Counted from the first letter of the stretch, positions 29,891-42,057 are shown. The stretch is 64,000 bases of DNA from an uncultured Nitrososphaerota archaeon (GCA_963824385.1 CAWGPD010000001.1:32001-96000); one strand, 5' to 3'. Notes: generated by a model not told the origin, from the sequence alone. Numbers and translations are program-made.

Positions 29891-30787
29891 TTGATAGTAA
29901 ATACAATGATATCATTTCCTTATGATGTAACAGAGGATAGGTCGCGATTTCAAAAATCTGTAATAGACGGGGATCTTGGATATTATGATACAATAGCAAG
30001 AAAATTCATACCGCAAGAAACTTTGGATTCTCTTCTTGAGAATATAATTCCTGAAAAAGAACATCTCCTAGTTTCTGAGAAGGATCCAAGATTATCACAA
30101 TCAGTAAACAGAATTAGAAGAAATTTATCCATATATCAGAGAAATCCAAGTGATTCATACGCCCAGATTTTTCTTAAATATTTATCCAACAGATATTTGA
30201 GTTCAATACGAGAACAAAAGCTGGATGCTGCAATACTCTATGTTGATGTGGTAGGATCTACAAAAATTGCCACCCAGCTTTCTGCATCAGAGTTGTCATC
30301 TCTAATTCGAGTATTTTCTCAAGAGATGTCAATTATAATTTCTAGACACGGAGGTTTTGTTTTAAAATATGCAGGCGATGCGGTGATTGCGTATTTTCCA
30401 TCGTCTAGCGAGTTTGGAAATGCAACTGAGAATGCAGTAAGATGTGGAAATATAATGAATGCAATAATAGAACAATCACTTAACTTTGCTTTTCGAGATT
30501 TTGCGTTGCCACCAATTCAAGTCAGGATCTCAATTGATTTTGGCACTAACGAAGTCGTATTTTTAGGCCCGGAGCCGGATTTAATTGGACATACTATTAC
30601 AATTGCATCAAAGATGATTCGATTTGCAAAGCCCGGACATATAGTAATAGGAGAAAACGCACATAAACAATTAATCGAACCACACACAACCAGTTTTATT
30701 CCTGCAGGCAAAGAGATAGAATGGGAATACAGCGATCCAGGGACAGGAAAGATATATCCCATATACTTTTCAGGAGATAAGAAATAG
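29891..30787 (+). CDS. Class III adenylate/guanylate cyclase
   Basis: LYVDVVGST and KYAGDAVIA metal-binding motifs. Confidence 0.85.
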   Translation: MIVNTMISFPYDVTEDRSRFQKSVIDGDLGYYDTIARKFIPQETLDSLLENIIPEKEHLLVSEKDPRLSQSVNRIRRNLSIYQRNPSDSYAQIFLKYLSNRYLSSIREQKLDAAILYVDVVGSTKIATQLSASELSSLIRVFSQEMSIIISRHGGFVLKYAGDAVIAYFPSSSEFGNATENAVRCGNIMNAIIEQSLNFAFRDFALPPIQVRISIDFGTNEVVFLGPEPDLIGHTITIASKMIRFAKPGHIVIGENAHKQLIEPHTTSFIPAGKEIEWEYSDPGTGKIYPIYFSGDKK

Positions 30788-30789
30788 AG

Positions 30790-32200
30790 ATGGAACAAAA
30801 ACCCAAGAGATATGGTCTTTCAGACCTTGAGAGATTTGTAGAGATTGGAAACAGGTCCCTTCTAGTAAAAGGAAGGTCTGGAACTGGCAAAGAGACACTT
30901 TGTTTTGAACTTGCAGGGGGCAAGGTAAAAGAGTACAATGTCATATTTATCACAAGAAACCAAACAGACAAAATACTTTACAGACGATTTCCGTGGATTA
31001 CAGATTTTATCTCTCCTTCAAATATTGTTGAAATATCACCAGAAGACGCAGTATTGACAGACCCTTCATTTGTCATATCTGCCATAGTAAATGCAATAGC
31101 AAACTCTTCTAAAAAAGTCAAAGATCCTTTTCTTGCCTTGGAGAGTGTAAGAAAGCCGTTCATCATACTTGATGTCTGGGATTCAGTTTCAAGAGAGATG
31201 AATGCGTTAGATAGAATGCGTGCAGAGAAACTTTTGACATCACTTGCAGAAAAATATGATGGATTCATAATTTTCCTAAGTGAGCAACAAGATACTGCAT
31301 CACTTGAATATCTAGTAGATGGAGTGATAGAGACATCACAACGTTACTTTAAGACATATAGAATAAGAGAAGTAAGCCTTGAAAAATTAAAAGGCGTCCC
31401 CATCAAGAGGCCAAAGATTCCATTTACACTTCAAAATGGAAGATTCCAGTCATTTTCAAATCTGCGCAGTAACATGAAAAGCATTTCAATGTTTATTCCA
31501 TCTCCAGATTCAGATGTACGATATTCTACAGGTAGCAAGGATTTTGATTTAAAATTAAACGGAGGTTTTAGGAGAGGCTCTGTAATTGGAATTGAGATTG
31601 ATAGTGATGTAGACCGTTTTGCTTTTGTGCCACTACTCTCACCTATTGCACTAAACTTTATGGTTCAAAATAACTCGGTTTTAATATCATCCTCATCAGA
31701 CCAAGATGTAAGTGCTGTAGTAAATTACCTAACACCATATGCAAACAAAGACGCATTAAATAATTTCAGGATATTTGGACACACCTTTGGTACAAAATCA
31801 GATTACATCATAGAAAGAGAGGGCTTGGATTTTGAATCATCTAACAAAGAATGGCAAAAAACATACAGTACCCTAAAAGAAAACGGCAAACCACTCTTAA
31901 TGTCAGCAGATTATAGCTTCTTGGAGCTTGCCTACCAGTCAGAAGAAAAATTAATCTTAAAATCCCTGATTGATAATTCACGCATGATAAGACATAACAA
32001 GGATCTCTTTTTGATTATTTCAAGACCTGGATACAAGTCATTAGAGATTATGAAAAGTGTATGTGACTTGCACTTGAGATTGTTTGATCATGAAGGTACT
32101 GTATTTCTATCTGCACTCAAACCGCAGCTATTCTTGTGCAACATGCAATCAAGTCTTTGAAAACGGATATCCTCAACTAGTTTTAGAAGATTCAGTATGA
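30790..32200 (+). CDS. KaiC/GvpD-like double RecA-fold ATPase (frameshift near 32153)
   Basis: GRSGTGKET Walker A, LEYLVDGVI, LEKLKG, second domain STG..DFD.KL.GG. Confidence 0.75.
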
Positions 32201-32289
32201 TAAAATTTGCATAAATTATCACCACAATCATATTTTCAAGATAGATAATGGGCATTTTACTTTAATACACCTTATACCGATGTTATTCC

Positions 32290-32766
32290 ATGATTAAAAT
32301 TCCAGCCAAAGTCCAGGAAATGTTCAAAGATCAAAAGGTCATAGTAGTAGGCTCTGTTGATGCCAACGGCCTTGCAAATTTATCTCCAAGAACTTCGTTT
32401 TATTTTACAGATACTGCAGTATACTGGTTAGACTTTTTCAAGCACAAGTCACAAGGAAATTTCAAGACAATTCCCTGGGTAAGTGTAGGAGTATTTGATA
32501 AAAAAGAACTCAAGGGATATCAAATAAAAGGCAAGGTTACATTTGTTACAGAATCTAAAGAAAAAGCCAGAATTACAGATATTATAACAAGGTCTGTAAC
32601 TGGAAAAACATCAAGTAAGATATTTGAAAGAATGAGTCAGAACAAGACTCCAGATGTAATCATGTTTGCTCCCAAGGCAGTGTACTCACTTAGTCCAAAA
32701 GAAGAGTCAGGTGTAGCCATGATAATGGAAAAGGACGGAGAGACTATCTCTCTTCTAGGAAGATAA
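32290..32766 (+). CDS. Pyridoxamine 5'-phosphate oxidase-family FMN-binding protein
   Basis: V.S.D.NG..N.SPR, K...N....P.V, GYQIKG. Confidence 0.75.
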   Translation: MIKIPAKVQEMFKDQKVIVVGSVDANGLANLSPRTSFYFTDTAVYWLDFFKHKSQGNFKTIPWVSVGVFDKKELKGYQIKGKVTFVTESKEKARITDIITRSVTGKTSSKIFERMSQNKTPDVIMFAPKAVYSLSPKEESGVAMIMEKDGETISLLGR

Positions 32767-34153
32767 CTTTTTTCTTAGAATATCAAGTGTTGTTGTAGGG
32801 TCGGCTTTTCCCTTTGTCTTTTTCATGACCTTGCCTACAAGATAGTTAACGGTATCAGGATTCTGTCTTGCTTCTGCTACTGCCTTTTCCTCTTCTTTAA
32901 AGACTTCATCAATTATTTTTTCAATTGAATCTGCGTCACTTACATGTCCCAAATCAAGGCTTGACATTACATCCAAAAGAGATCTTCCCGTCTTTACCAT
33001 TTCTTGCAATGCCTGTTTACCTGAGTTTCTTGTCAGTTTGTTATCCATTATAGAATCAGCCAGAGAAGAGATGTGTTGTGCCGTAATTTTTAATTCAAGT
33101 TTCTTTTCTCGCGTATCTGCATAACTTAGTAAATCTGTTGTTATAATATTTGCAACTTCTTTGGCGTTTTTCTCGTTGTGTGATTTTTCAAACAAATCAG
33201 AGTAGAATCTGTCTGAAGATAAAACATCTGCAACTTGTGCAGGAATTCCATATTTTTTGACATATCGTTCTCTTTTTGCAACAATGCTTTCAGGCATTTG
33301 TTTTGTTATATTTTCAGTGTATTCATTTCTAATCAAAACTATCGGAATGTCTGCTTCAGGAATGTATCGATAATCTTGTTCTTCTTCTTTTGATCTTGAT
33401 GATACTGTAATTCGTCTTGCATCATCCCAGTGTCTTGTCTCTGCAGCAACTGGAATTCCTCTTTCAAGAAGGCTCTGTTGCCTTGTTATCTCAAAATGGA
33501 GTGCTTTTTCTATATCCCTAAACGAGCCTACGTTTTTTATCTCAACTCTGTTTCCATCCCCTTCAGATATATTCCCATCTACCCTCATTGCACCCTCAAG
33601 ATATGGGTCAGATACGCCAATGTTTTCAACAAGGTCTGCCAATACATTTAGAAATATTCTGACCTGTTTTGGAGTCTCAAAGTCTGGCTCTGTTACAATT
33701 TCAACAAGAGGAGTTCCTGCCCTGTTATAGTCAACAAGTGTTAACATGGATTTTCCCTCATAGACTAGTCTTCCAGGATCTTCCTCTAGCTGTATTCTTC
33801 TGATTTGTATCTCCTTTCCTTGAATTGTAATCTTGCCATCTGAGCCTATACTTGTTGGACCATATGCATTATACTGAGTAATTTGGAAATTTTTTGGCAG
33901 ATCAGGATAAAAGTAATTTTTCCTAAAAAAGCCAATTTTATGTGGAATCTTGCATCCAAGTGCAAGTGAGATCATGGCAGCTTTTTCAACTGCCTTTTTG
34001 TTCAATATGGGAAGCGAGCCAGGAAGACCTGCGCATACTGGACAGATGTTAGAGTTTGGTTCAAGGTTTCTATATTCTGCCTTGCATGAACAAAATAGTT
34101 TACTTTCAAGTCTTTGTAAGTTGGCAGTGAATCTCTAGTCCTATTCTTGTCAA
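32755..34153 (-). CDS. gatB: Asp/Glu-tRNA amidotransferase subunit B (frameshift near 34110)
   Basis: IGLEIHCQL start, RKNYFYPDLPK, EEDPG, DYNRAG.PL.EIVTEPD. Confidence 0.92.
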
Positions 34154-35601
34154 AGCGGTACCTCTGGAAGAGCGGTAGTTTCTTGTAACGCATGTGCAGC
34201 TTGGAGTAATTTTTTCTCTTCAAATGAATTTGCAAATAGTTGTATGCCAATTGGAAATCCTGAACGTGATATCTCAAATGGAACAGAAATGGCAGGAATT
34301 CCAGAAAGATTTGCTGTAACAGTATTGATATCAGTAAGATACATCTTTAATGGATCGTCAATTTTTTCGCCAACCTTAAATGGTAAAATAGGCATTGTTG
34401 GAGATATCAAAAAGTCTACTTTCTTAAATGCCTCATCAAGCTGAGCCTTTATCATCGCCCGAACTTTTTGGGCCTTGAGATAATATTTTCCATAATATCC
34501 TGCAGATAATACAAATGCACCAAGCAACATCCTTCGTGTCACTTCAGGGCCAAAATTACTTCGCGCTTTAGAGATAAATGCCTTGAACTCATATCCTTCT
34601 GTCCCAAAGTCAAATCCATATCTTAGATTATCATATCTTGAAAGATTGCTACTTGCTTCTGCTGATGCTATTGTATAATACGCTGCAACAGAGTGTTCTA
34701 CAGCATCAAGAGAAACTGGAATACATTCAGCTCCGAGTTCCTGTAGTTTTGATATTGCCTTGTCTGTTGCAGATACAACTTCCTTGTCTACACCTTCGCC
34801 AATCATCTGAGTTATGATTCCAATCTTTTTTCCAGAGATTCCCAAGGAGATGTCTTTGGTATAATCAACACGGTCATTTTTTATCGTAGTATTATCATGT
34901 ACATCATATCCTGAGATAATATTTAGTAAAAACGCCACATCTTCTACAGTTCTTGCCATGGGGCCGACCTGCTCTATACTGTTGGCATATGAGACAAGGC
35001 CATATCTGCTAACTAGTCCATAAGTTGGTTTTAGACCAACAACAGAACAGAAACTTGCAGGACTTCGAACAGATCCACCTGTATCAGAACCTAGTGAGGC
35101 AAGACATTCTAGTGCGCCAACTGAGACACCACTGCCCCCAGAAGAGCCACCTGGCACATAATCAACATTCCAAGGATTTCTACTTGGTCCAAAATAACTA
35201 AATTCAGTTGTAGAGCCCATTGCAAATTCATCAAGATTTACTTTACCAATAATTATGGTATCTTCAGATTTTAGCCTAGATACAACAGTTGCATCATATG
35301 GCGCAACAAAATTCTCAAGCATTTTAGATGCACAGGTTGTTTTTATTCCAGCAGTGCAGATGTTGTCTTTGATAGATACAGGCATTCCAAAACAGATTCC
35401 GACTTTATCTTTTGACTTTATTTTTTTATCAATCTCTTTGGCTTTATCAAGTGCGTTTTGGTTATTTACAGTAATAAAAGCATGAACTTTATCATCGACT
35501 AGTTTTATTCTGTCTAATGTTTTTGCAACAAACTCTTCTACAGATAGTGCACCAGATTTTGCCTGAGATACAAATTCAGTGGCTGAAATTCCAAGATTCA
35601 T
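34150..35601 (-). CDS. gatA: Amidotransferase subunit A
   Basis: KDNI, GGSSGGS, GSDTGGSVR amidase signature. Confidence 0.96.
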   Translation of the reverse strand: MNLGISATEFVSQAKSGALSVEEFVAKTLDRIKLVDDKVHAFITVNNQNALDKAKEIDKKIKSKDKVGICFGMPVSIKDNICTAGIKTTCASKMLENFVAPYDATVVSRLKSEDTIIIGKVNLDEFAMGSTTEFSYFGPSRNPWNVDYVPGGSSGGSGVSVGALECLASLGSDTGGSVRSPASFCSVVGLKPTYGLVSRYGLVSYANSIEQVGPMARTVEDVAFLLNIISGYDVHDNTTIKNDRVDYTKDISLGISGKKIGIITQMIGEGVDKEVVSATDKAISKLQELGAECIPVSLDAVEHSVAAYYTIASAEASSNLSRYDNLRYGFDFGTEGYEFKAFISKARSNFGPEVTRRMLLGAFVLSAGYYGKYYLKAQKVRAMIKAQLDEAFKKVDFLISPTMPILPFKVGEKIDDPLKMYLTDINTVTANLSGIPAISVPFEISRSGFPIGIQLFANSFEEKKLLQAAHALQETTALPEVPL

Positions 35602-35868
35602 TTAAACCATTTTTGGTGCACGGATAAAGTTGTCTTGGTCTTTTTTGAGGTGATCAATTAACGATATATCATATGGTTCATGTTTGTCATCTCTGAGATT
35701 CTCTGCATCAACTTCATTTCTTAGAGTATCATCAGAATTGAATTCAACAGTATCAAGTCTATCAAAATATTTTATTATCTGCTCTACCTGCTTGATGTAT
35801 TTTTCTGGCTCTTTGAGTTCAACCTTGACCAAATCCCCCAGATGCTCAATCTCTTTTTTTTCTACCAT
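35602..35868 (-). CDS. gatC: Amidotransferase subunit C
   Basis: Size, position, LRDD and FI.APK motifs. Confidence 0.85.
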   Translation of the reverse strand: MVEKKEIEHLGDLVKVELKEPEKYIKQVEQIIKYFDRLDTVEFNSDDTLRNEVDAENLRDDKHEPYDISLIDHLKKDQDNFIRAPKMV

Positions 35869-35878
35869 ATCGTTTCAC

Positions 35879-37190
35879 TTACGGTGTAAGCCTATCGACA
35901 TCACGTGGATAAAAGGTAGCATCTCTGATATTTTCAGTTCCAGTAAGTGCCATCATTAATCTCTCAAGGCCTATACCACATCCTGCGTGAGGTGGGACTC
36001 CATAATCAAAGACACGCAAGTGATAATCAAATGCTTCCAGTTTGAAGCCCTTGTTTTTCATCCTCTCTTCTAGTTCAAGTCTTTTTTCAATTCTTGTACT
36101 GCCTGAAGACAATTCAAGATCTCCAAACATCAAGTCAAATGACTCGGATGTCTTTTGATCATCATTTTTGGCTTTAACATAGAATGGTTTTGGAGCAAGT
36201 GGCCAGTCCTTGATAAAGTAAAATCCGCCAAGATTGATCTTTTTTAATTGTGAAGGATACAAGTCATCTCCCCATTTTGTAGTGGCTCCTGCATTTTGCA
36301 TCTTTTCCACCAATTCAGTATACGCATACTGGGGAATTTTTTCAGGAATTTCCGGAACTTTGTAATCAGTTGTCTTTATCAAATCACAATAGTCTCTTAC
36401 TACACCAATTGATCTTTTAATTATATTTTCAGTGTGCATCATTATATCATTATAATCTGCAAATGCTTCTTCAATATCTATTGAGATTGCCTCTGAGAGG
36501 TGTCTGTTAGTTCTAGATGCTTCGGCTCTAAATATTGGCGCAATCTCAAATATTTTTTCAAATGATAACGTCAGCTGTTCTTTGTAAAGCTGAGGACTCT
36601 GTGCTAAAAATGCCTCTTTGTTATAGTAAAATATTGGAAACAATGCAGCACCGCCTTCTGTTGCAGTTGCAATCATCTTGGGGGTGTTTACTTCAAGAAA
36701 TTCTTTTTCATACAGATAATCGCGAATTGATTTTAAGACCAGGCCTCGCATCTTAAAGATATGCTGTAAGATATTTCGTCTAAGATTCTATTGCCCTAAG
36801 TTCAAGTCTTGTATCGATATTTGGAACAACTTTGGTCTGCCATGTAAAGGGCGCAATTTTTTCAACTATTGAAAATACACGTAGTTCACTTGGTGTTATC
36901 TCAACTCCCCTTGGAGCCTTGGGAGAAGGTTTTACAATTCCTTTTATTGCTATAGTAGATTGCTCTTTGAGGTTTACAAGACTAGCTTTAATCTCATCTG
37001 GACAGACACCTGCTTTTGCAGTAATCTGTATCTGTCCCTCTTTGTCATTTAGCATGACAAATACTAGATTTCCATGATCTCGCACACTTGAGACCCAACC
37101 CATGACAATGACCTCTTTTCCATCCATCGAAGTATCAAGTTGAGTAGAATAGATAGTCCTACGCCAATCCCCAAGTTCTGTGCCTATCAT
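35879..37190 (-). CDS. aspS: Aspartyl-tRNA synthetase, probably non-discriminating (frameshift near 36786)
   Basis: OB-fold (GWV..VRDHG), LAQSPQLYK, FRAE, PPHAG.G.GLER. Confidence 0.93.
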
Positions 37191-37262
37191 GTTTTCATCA
37201 AATGTCTTTTGGTTAGTGTTAATTTGTGTTACTAAAAGCGGTTAGAATATAGTAGTACGACA

Positions 37263-38081
37263 TTATGGGGTTGTCCCAGTCTTTAATTTTTTTATTACCA
37301 TACTGCCGCCCAAAATAGATCCATTTCCAATTAAAATCTCTGTGTCATCATCTAGAATAGTTGTAAATCTTGAAGTTATCTTGGTAACAATACCAGAATA
37401 TTTTTCTGAACCATTTGATAACTCGATCTTGTCACCTTCTGCATATGGCAAGTGTGTTGTCAGAGGTGGTTCTTTTAAGATGCGAACGTTTCCCTGAATT
37501 ATGGCAGAATTTGGAACAAGGTATTCCGTTCCATCCACAGTATTGATCTTTGTATATAATGCACTTATCTCTGCAATCATTCCACGTACGTTGTCATTCA
37601 CTATGAAAATTGAATCGCCTATCTTTGCAGGAAATGTAGTGAGCATTATAGCTCCAGAAAGTACGTTTCCCACTATAGTTGAAACACCTAAACCTACAAC
37701 TATAGCTGCAACTCCCCCTCCCAAGAGAATCGTTTGAAGTTGTACGCCCCATAGGTATAGCAGTATCAATGATGCAATTAGTGTTATTATTATGATTGAA
37801 AAAAAAGAAATACTTGCAACAAGGTGAGATGGCATAACATGTGGAATTCTTTTCAAAGCACCTCTAATTGAAGAAATCACTACAAATGATACAATTACAG
37901 TTATCATAGTTTCTCCAATCAGAATGTGGTTATGCCCCAATCCCAAATTTTGTGCAAAGTAGTTCTCAAATATCGCGATGCTTATCCTTGTCGTCACTAT
38001 CAAAATTGCCAATTTTATTATCAGGGTTTTAAACTCCCCCCTGGTCGATTGTTTATTTGATTTTATTTTCTGGTCTTGCAA
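37263..38081 (-). CDS. MscS-family mechanosensitive channel protein
   Basis: TM helices, GLG....GN.LSG, IGD, VPNS. Confidence 0.8.
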   Translation of the reverse strand: MQDQKIKSNKQSTRGEFKTLIIKLAILIVTTRISIAIFENYFAQNLGLGHNHILIGETMITVIVSFVVISSIRGALKRIPHVMPSHLVASISFFSIIIITLIASLILLYLWGVQLQTILLGGGVAAIVVGLGVSTIVGNVLSGAIMLTTFPAKIGDSIFIVNDNVRGMIAEISALYTKINTVDGTEYLVPNSAIIQGNVRILKEPPLTTHLPYAEGDKIELSNGSEKYSGIVTKITSRFTTILDDDTEILIGNGSILGGSMVIKKLKTGTTP

Positions 38082-38236
38082 TATTTATTCAACCCTGTTC
38101 CAATTTACTTCAAAATAATGGTGTTTGTCAAGATATTTTGCATTGTCATCGCATATGAAGGACTTTTTTTAAAATAATGAAAAATTGTACGAACAATAAC
38201 GGCTATGTAGAAATACAAGTTAGAATCACATAACAC

Positions 38237-38407
38237 ATGGTTGGACCAAAAGATGGAGGATTTGGTTTTGATGGCGCTCCAAAATATACTAAACTAGAAG
38301 GCAAAAATGCCATATGCGTACAATGTCAAGCAGGCCAACATAGCAAATGTCACGCTAAAGATAATCCGGAGATACTTTGCGATTGCGAACTATGTCTAAT
38401 TTCTTAG
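38237..38407 (+). CDS. 56-aa Cys/His microprotein
   Basis: Manual translation MVGPKDGGFGFDGAPKYTKLEGKNAICVQCQAGQHSKCHAKDNPEILCDCELCLIS*. Confidence 0.6.
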   Translation: MVGPKDGGFGFDGAPKYTKLEGKNAICVQCQAGQHSKCHAKDNPEILCDCELCLIS

Positions 38408-38473
38408 TTGATATGATTCTAAATATGATCACACATAAAATTACTGGATTAATTTTGGTCCATGCAGAACATC

Positions 38474-39434
38474 TTACTGAGTAGCATTTACGTTAAACTG
38501 TATTGTTGCTTGTAGTCCACTCATAGTTGCATCCTCAAGATTCATTTGAAGAATTACATTTAACTCGCCGGCTGTTGTAATCTGATATAACGCATCGTAT
38601 ATCCCAATTCCACTTGCGACTGAGACTTCATTTGGTTTGACATTTTGCATCATAGGAGGACATGTAAGTCCACTATTTGGAACAAGTTGTCTTTGAACAC
38701 TAGACGGCGGATTAATTTCCCAATGTAAAGAAGGAACAGTTCCACAGCCTACTAGGTTTTGAAAGATCTCTTTATCTGAGATATTCTGGTATGTCACAGT
38801 AAATTGCGGATTATCTCCAACTTTTAATGGGTTAGGAGTCATTTCTACAGACAGTATTTTTATTTCAGGTTTTGTCATAGTAATTGTCAGATTTGCCGGA
38901 GAAAAAGGCTGACTTGTAACACTAGTTTTATTTTGAATTACTATTGGAGTTGAGGCAGTATTAACAGTTGGTGGAACTGAGGTAGTATTGACAAATTTTG
39001 GAGCGGGAGTAGTGTCGACAGATGGTGGAATTGAGGCAGTATTAACAGACATGGGAGATGGCTGAGATATTTTATCTTCAAGTGATGCAAGCCTATCACT
39101 AAGCGATTTAATTTCCCCATCTAGATTCTCGGTATTTTGCTGAAGTTGAGTTATCGTAATATTATTTTCTTGCTCAATCTGTTTACTAACACTTAGTTCG
39201 CTGGAAAGAGATTGTATTAATTTATCTTGATTCAGCTGTCTTGTTTTTTAGGTCACTCATTTGCAAACTTTCATTGAGCCCAACAGTCAGATGCTGAATT
39301 GCAATATCCTGTTCAGTAGCCTTGGAGTTCATATTTTTCATATCTGATTGTAATTTTGTATTACTTGCAACCTGCAATCCAAGACTAATTGAGGCTATAA
39401 TTACAGCTATTATTACAATATGTTGTATTTTCAT
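38474..39434 (-). CDS. Membrane-anchored coiled-coil / Pro-Thr linker / Ig-like protein (frameshift near 39230)
   Basis: TM N-terminus in 39222-39434; the frame continues into 38474-39052 (P.PLKVGD...F.VT..N). Confidence 0.65.
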
Positions 39435-39574
39435 TTTCTACAACACTGTTTTTGAGACTTTTTGCTATAAACATCTTCTAGCTTAAAAATGTGTTCACAC
39501 TATCAAAAACATTTGATCAATTCAGATTACAAAAATAATTAACAGCCCATAGATGGCAACAATATGCTTGGAAA

Positions 39575-40499
39575 TTAGTTTACTTCAGGGGCTTTGTATA
39601 ATTCCAGTGATTTATTTTCTACAATTACATATCCATGACATTTTATCAAGGATTTTAGATCATCAGAAGGAACTTTTGAAACATCATACGCACATAAAAG
39701 AACAATCTGCTGATATGGCTTTACCCCCAAACGAGGATTCTAGTTTCAAGTGTTCCACACCAAGGTCATTGCGTATGTACCATGTACAATCTTGATCTGC
39801 AAATCTTGTAAGATAACCGGAAATATTACATGAATGCATATTATTAATCCAGTCGGATAATTTTTTGACGGTCTTTTTCATATCTATTTCTATATTGGAC
39901 TCTTTTTTAATTACATCAGGACCACTCCTTATCTTGAATGTATCAGAAGTTGGCAACAGGTCTTTCTGATACAGCCCAGATAGCACATCATAAGTAATGT
40001 TTCTGATATCTTTAATTTTCGTGGGAAATTCAGAAACAAGTCCGAGTGGAGCCTGTGTCCTCATACTAAAAAAATCGGTCAAAATAATGTCAATAGTTTC
40101 AGCGTGTTTGTAAAGTACAAGTATGTGTTCGGCAGTAGACCTGTTAATTATGAAATCATATACACTGTACTCCTTTACTTTAGCAATTATTTCATCAGTT
40201 TTATGAGCAATTGATTTCAAATGAGTGTATTTTAACAGTTCTTCTTTTATTACATCCATCATGAGATTTGCAGAAACGGTTCCGGTTAATTGTTTCAAAG
40301 CATCCTCAAACATATGAAAATTTTTGATCAATTCAGTTTCAGACATTCCAGTTTTTAAAGTAATTTGTTCCATCAGATCACCATATGACGATTTGCCAAA
40401 AACTTTGAAAGCTTTTTGAATAGATTCATGAAAAATTTTGTCAGCGTTGGGAGGAATCCGAGTATATCCCAACCTAAGTAAAATGTCTATTGATTCCAT
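39575..40499 (-). CDS. MEDS/DcmR-like sensory-type hypothetical protein (frameshift near 39690)
   Basis: EHILVLY..., ...C.YDV...LIKCHGYVI in the continuation frame. Confidence 0.5.
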
Positions 40500-40669
40500 T
40501 GCCGCATAAATTTTGTACGCATATACTAATAAGATACTAGTTCAAAAAAATAAACAAATTATATATTTTTATAAATTAAATCATAATTTATAATAATTTA
40601 ATCACAATTCATAATAATTACATCTGCATGACATGAATTTTATTTATTTTAGATTAAAATAGAGTACCG

Positions 40670-41755
40670 TTGAACATACGCTCACATATGACTGATCTTT
40701 ATCGAGTATTACCAGAGGAGATGGATGATCTTGTCATTAAACTTGGTCAGCCAAGATACAGAGCTCATCAGCTACTCCATGCATTATATCACGAATCACC
40801 AAGAAAAATGTCTGATCTACATCAAATTCCATCCTCCATGAGAGATGCTCTTGTCAATGCGGGATATGCACTGGGTACTGAAAGTGAAGTCAATCACATT
40901 GTAAGTGAAGATGGCAAGACGACAAAGATACTTCTCAAGTTTGACAAGGAAACTCTTATCGAGACTGTACTAATGCAATATCACTCATCAAAAGAAGACG
41001 GGCATCCCAGATCAACAGTTTGTGTTTCCACCCAAGTGGGATGTCCAATGGGTTGTGTGTTCTGCGCTACAGGTCAAATGGGTTTTGAAAAAAATCTAAA
41101 AGCTGAACAGATTGTTGCCCAAGTACTCCACTTTACTCACATTTTACGTCAAAGAGGAGAACATGTAACAAATCTTGTTTTCATGGGGATGGGAGAGCCG
41201 CTTGCAAATTATGATGAAACAGTCCGAGCTGTTAGACTGCTAACACATCCTCGCGCATTTGGATTAGGACAGCGAAGTATTACAATTTCAACAGTTGGTG
41301 TCATTTCAGGAATAGACAAACTTGCAGAAGAAGATATTCAAGTCAAGCTTGCAATTTCACTACATGCACCAAATGATACGTTACGAAAAAAACTAGTTCC
41401 AACGGCAGGACCTCATTCTGTTGAAGATTTAATCTCAGCAGCAAAGCGTTATTTCAAAAAAACTGGAAGGCGTGTCACTTTTGAATATGCGCTAATTGAT
41501 GACATAAATGATTCAAACAAAGTAGCTGAAGAGTTGGCACAAGTTTTGAAAGGTAATGGAGCACATGTAAATTTGATTCCTATGAATCCAACAGCGGGAG
41601 GATTTTCCCGTCCTGCCAGAAAAAGAATACTTGCATTCCAACAGATACTCCGTGACGGAGGAGTAAATTGTACTGTCAGGGTAGAAAAAGGCTCCGAGAT
41701 ATCAGCAGCTTGTGGCCAACTTAGAACAGATGTTATAAAAAATATCACACATTGA
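40670..41755 (+). CDS. rlmN: Radical-SAM RNA methyltransferase RlmN
   Basis: CVSTQVGCPMGCVFC, FMGMGEP, SLHA, AACGQL. Confidence 0.93.
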   Translation: MNIRSHMTDLYRVLPEEMDDLVIKLGQPRYRAHQLLHALYHESPRKMSDLHQIPSSMRDALVNAGYALGTESEVNHIVSEDGKTTKILLKFDKETLIETVLMQYHSSKEDGHPRSTVCVSTQVGCPMGCVFCATGQMGFEKNLKAEQIVAQVLHFTHILRQRGEHVTNLVFMGMGEPLANYDETVRAVRLLTHPRAFGLGQRSITISTVGVISGIDKLAEEDIQVKLAISLHAPNDTLRKKLVPTAGPHSVEDLISAAKRYFKKTGRRVTFEYALIDDINDSNKVAEELAQVLKGNGAHVNLIPMNPTAGGFSRPARKRILAFQQILRDGGVNCTVRVEKGSEISAACGQLRTDVIKNITH

Positions 41756-41841
41756 GACATTTAAAAAATAAGCAAGGACAGACTTGTCAAATGCCTATAA
41801 CATGACAAACCTCTAAATTAAAAAGAAAACTAACTATACAC

Positions 41842-42057
41842 ATGGTTCTTACAAGTAGGGAGAAAACAGTCATAATTGTATCACATCTAGTTTCACTGTA
41901 TTCAGAAAAAATGGAAGACGGAAAGATACCAGACGGACAATCAGTCATTGACTTTATAATGAAAAACATTCCTCAAGAATACAAGTCAGAGATATCTATG
42001 GATATCATTGACGACGTGTTTAACTTCATTGCAAGCAGCCCCATGGAACTTTCATAA
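41842..42057 (+). CDS. Conserved thaumarchaeal hypothetical protein
   Basis: MVL..RE...I.IS N-terminus; upstream of purP. Confidence 0.6.
   Translation: MVLTSREKTVIIVSHLVSLYSEKMEDGKIPDGQSVIDFIMKNIPQEYKSEISMDIIDDVFNFIASSPMELS

Noticed and set aside
30790..32200. Gas vesicle cluster or true circadian KaiC
   Set aside because: No gvpA or other gvp genes and no kaiA/kaiB; the second domain lacks a Walker A motif.
38950..39050. Short repeated GAGGCAGTATTAACAG units (similar case at 49205-49260)
   Set aside because: They encode low-complexity Pro/Thr/Ser/Asn linkers in surface proteins.
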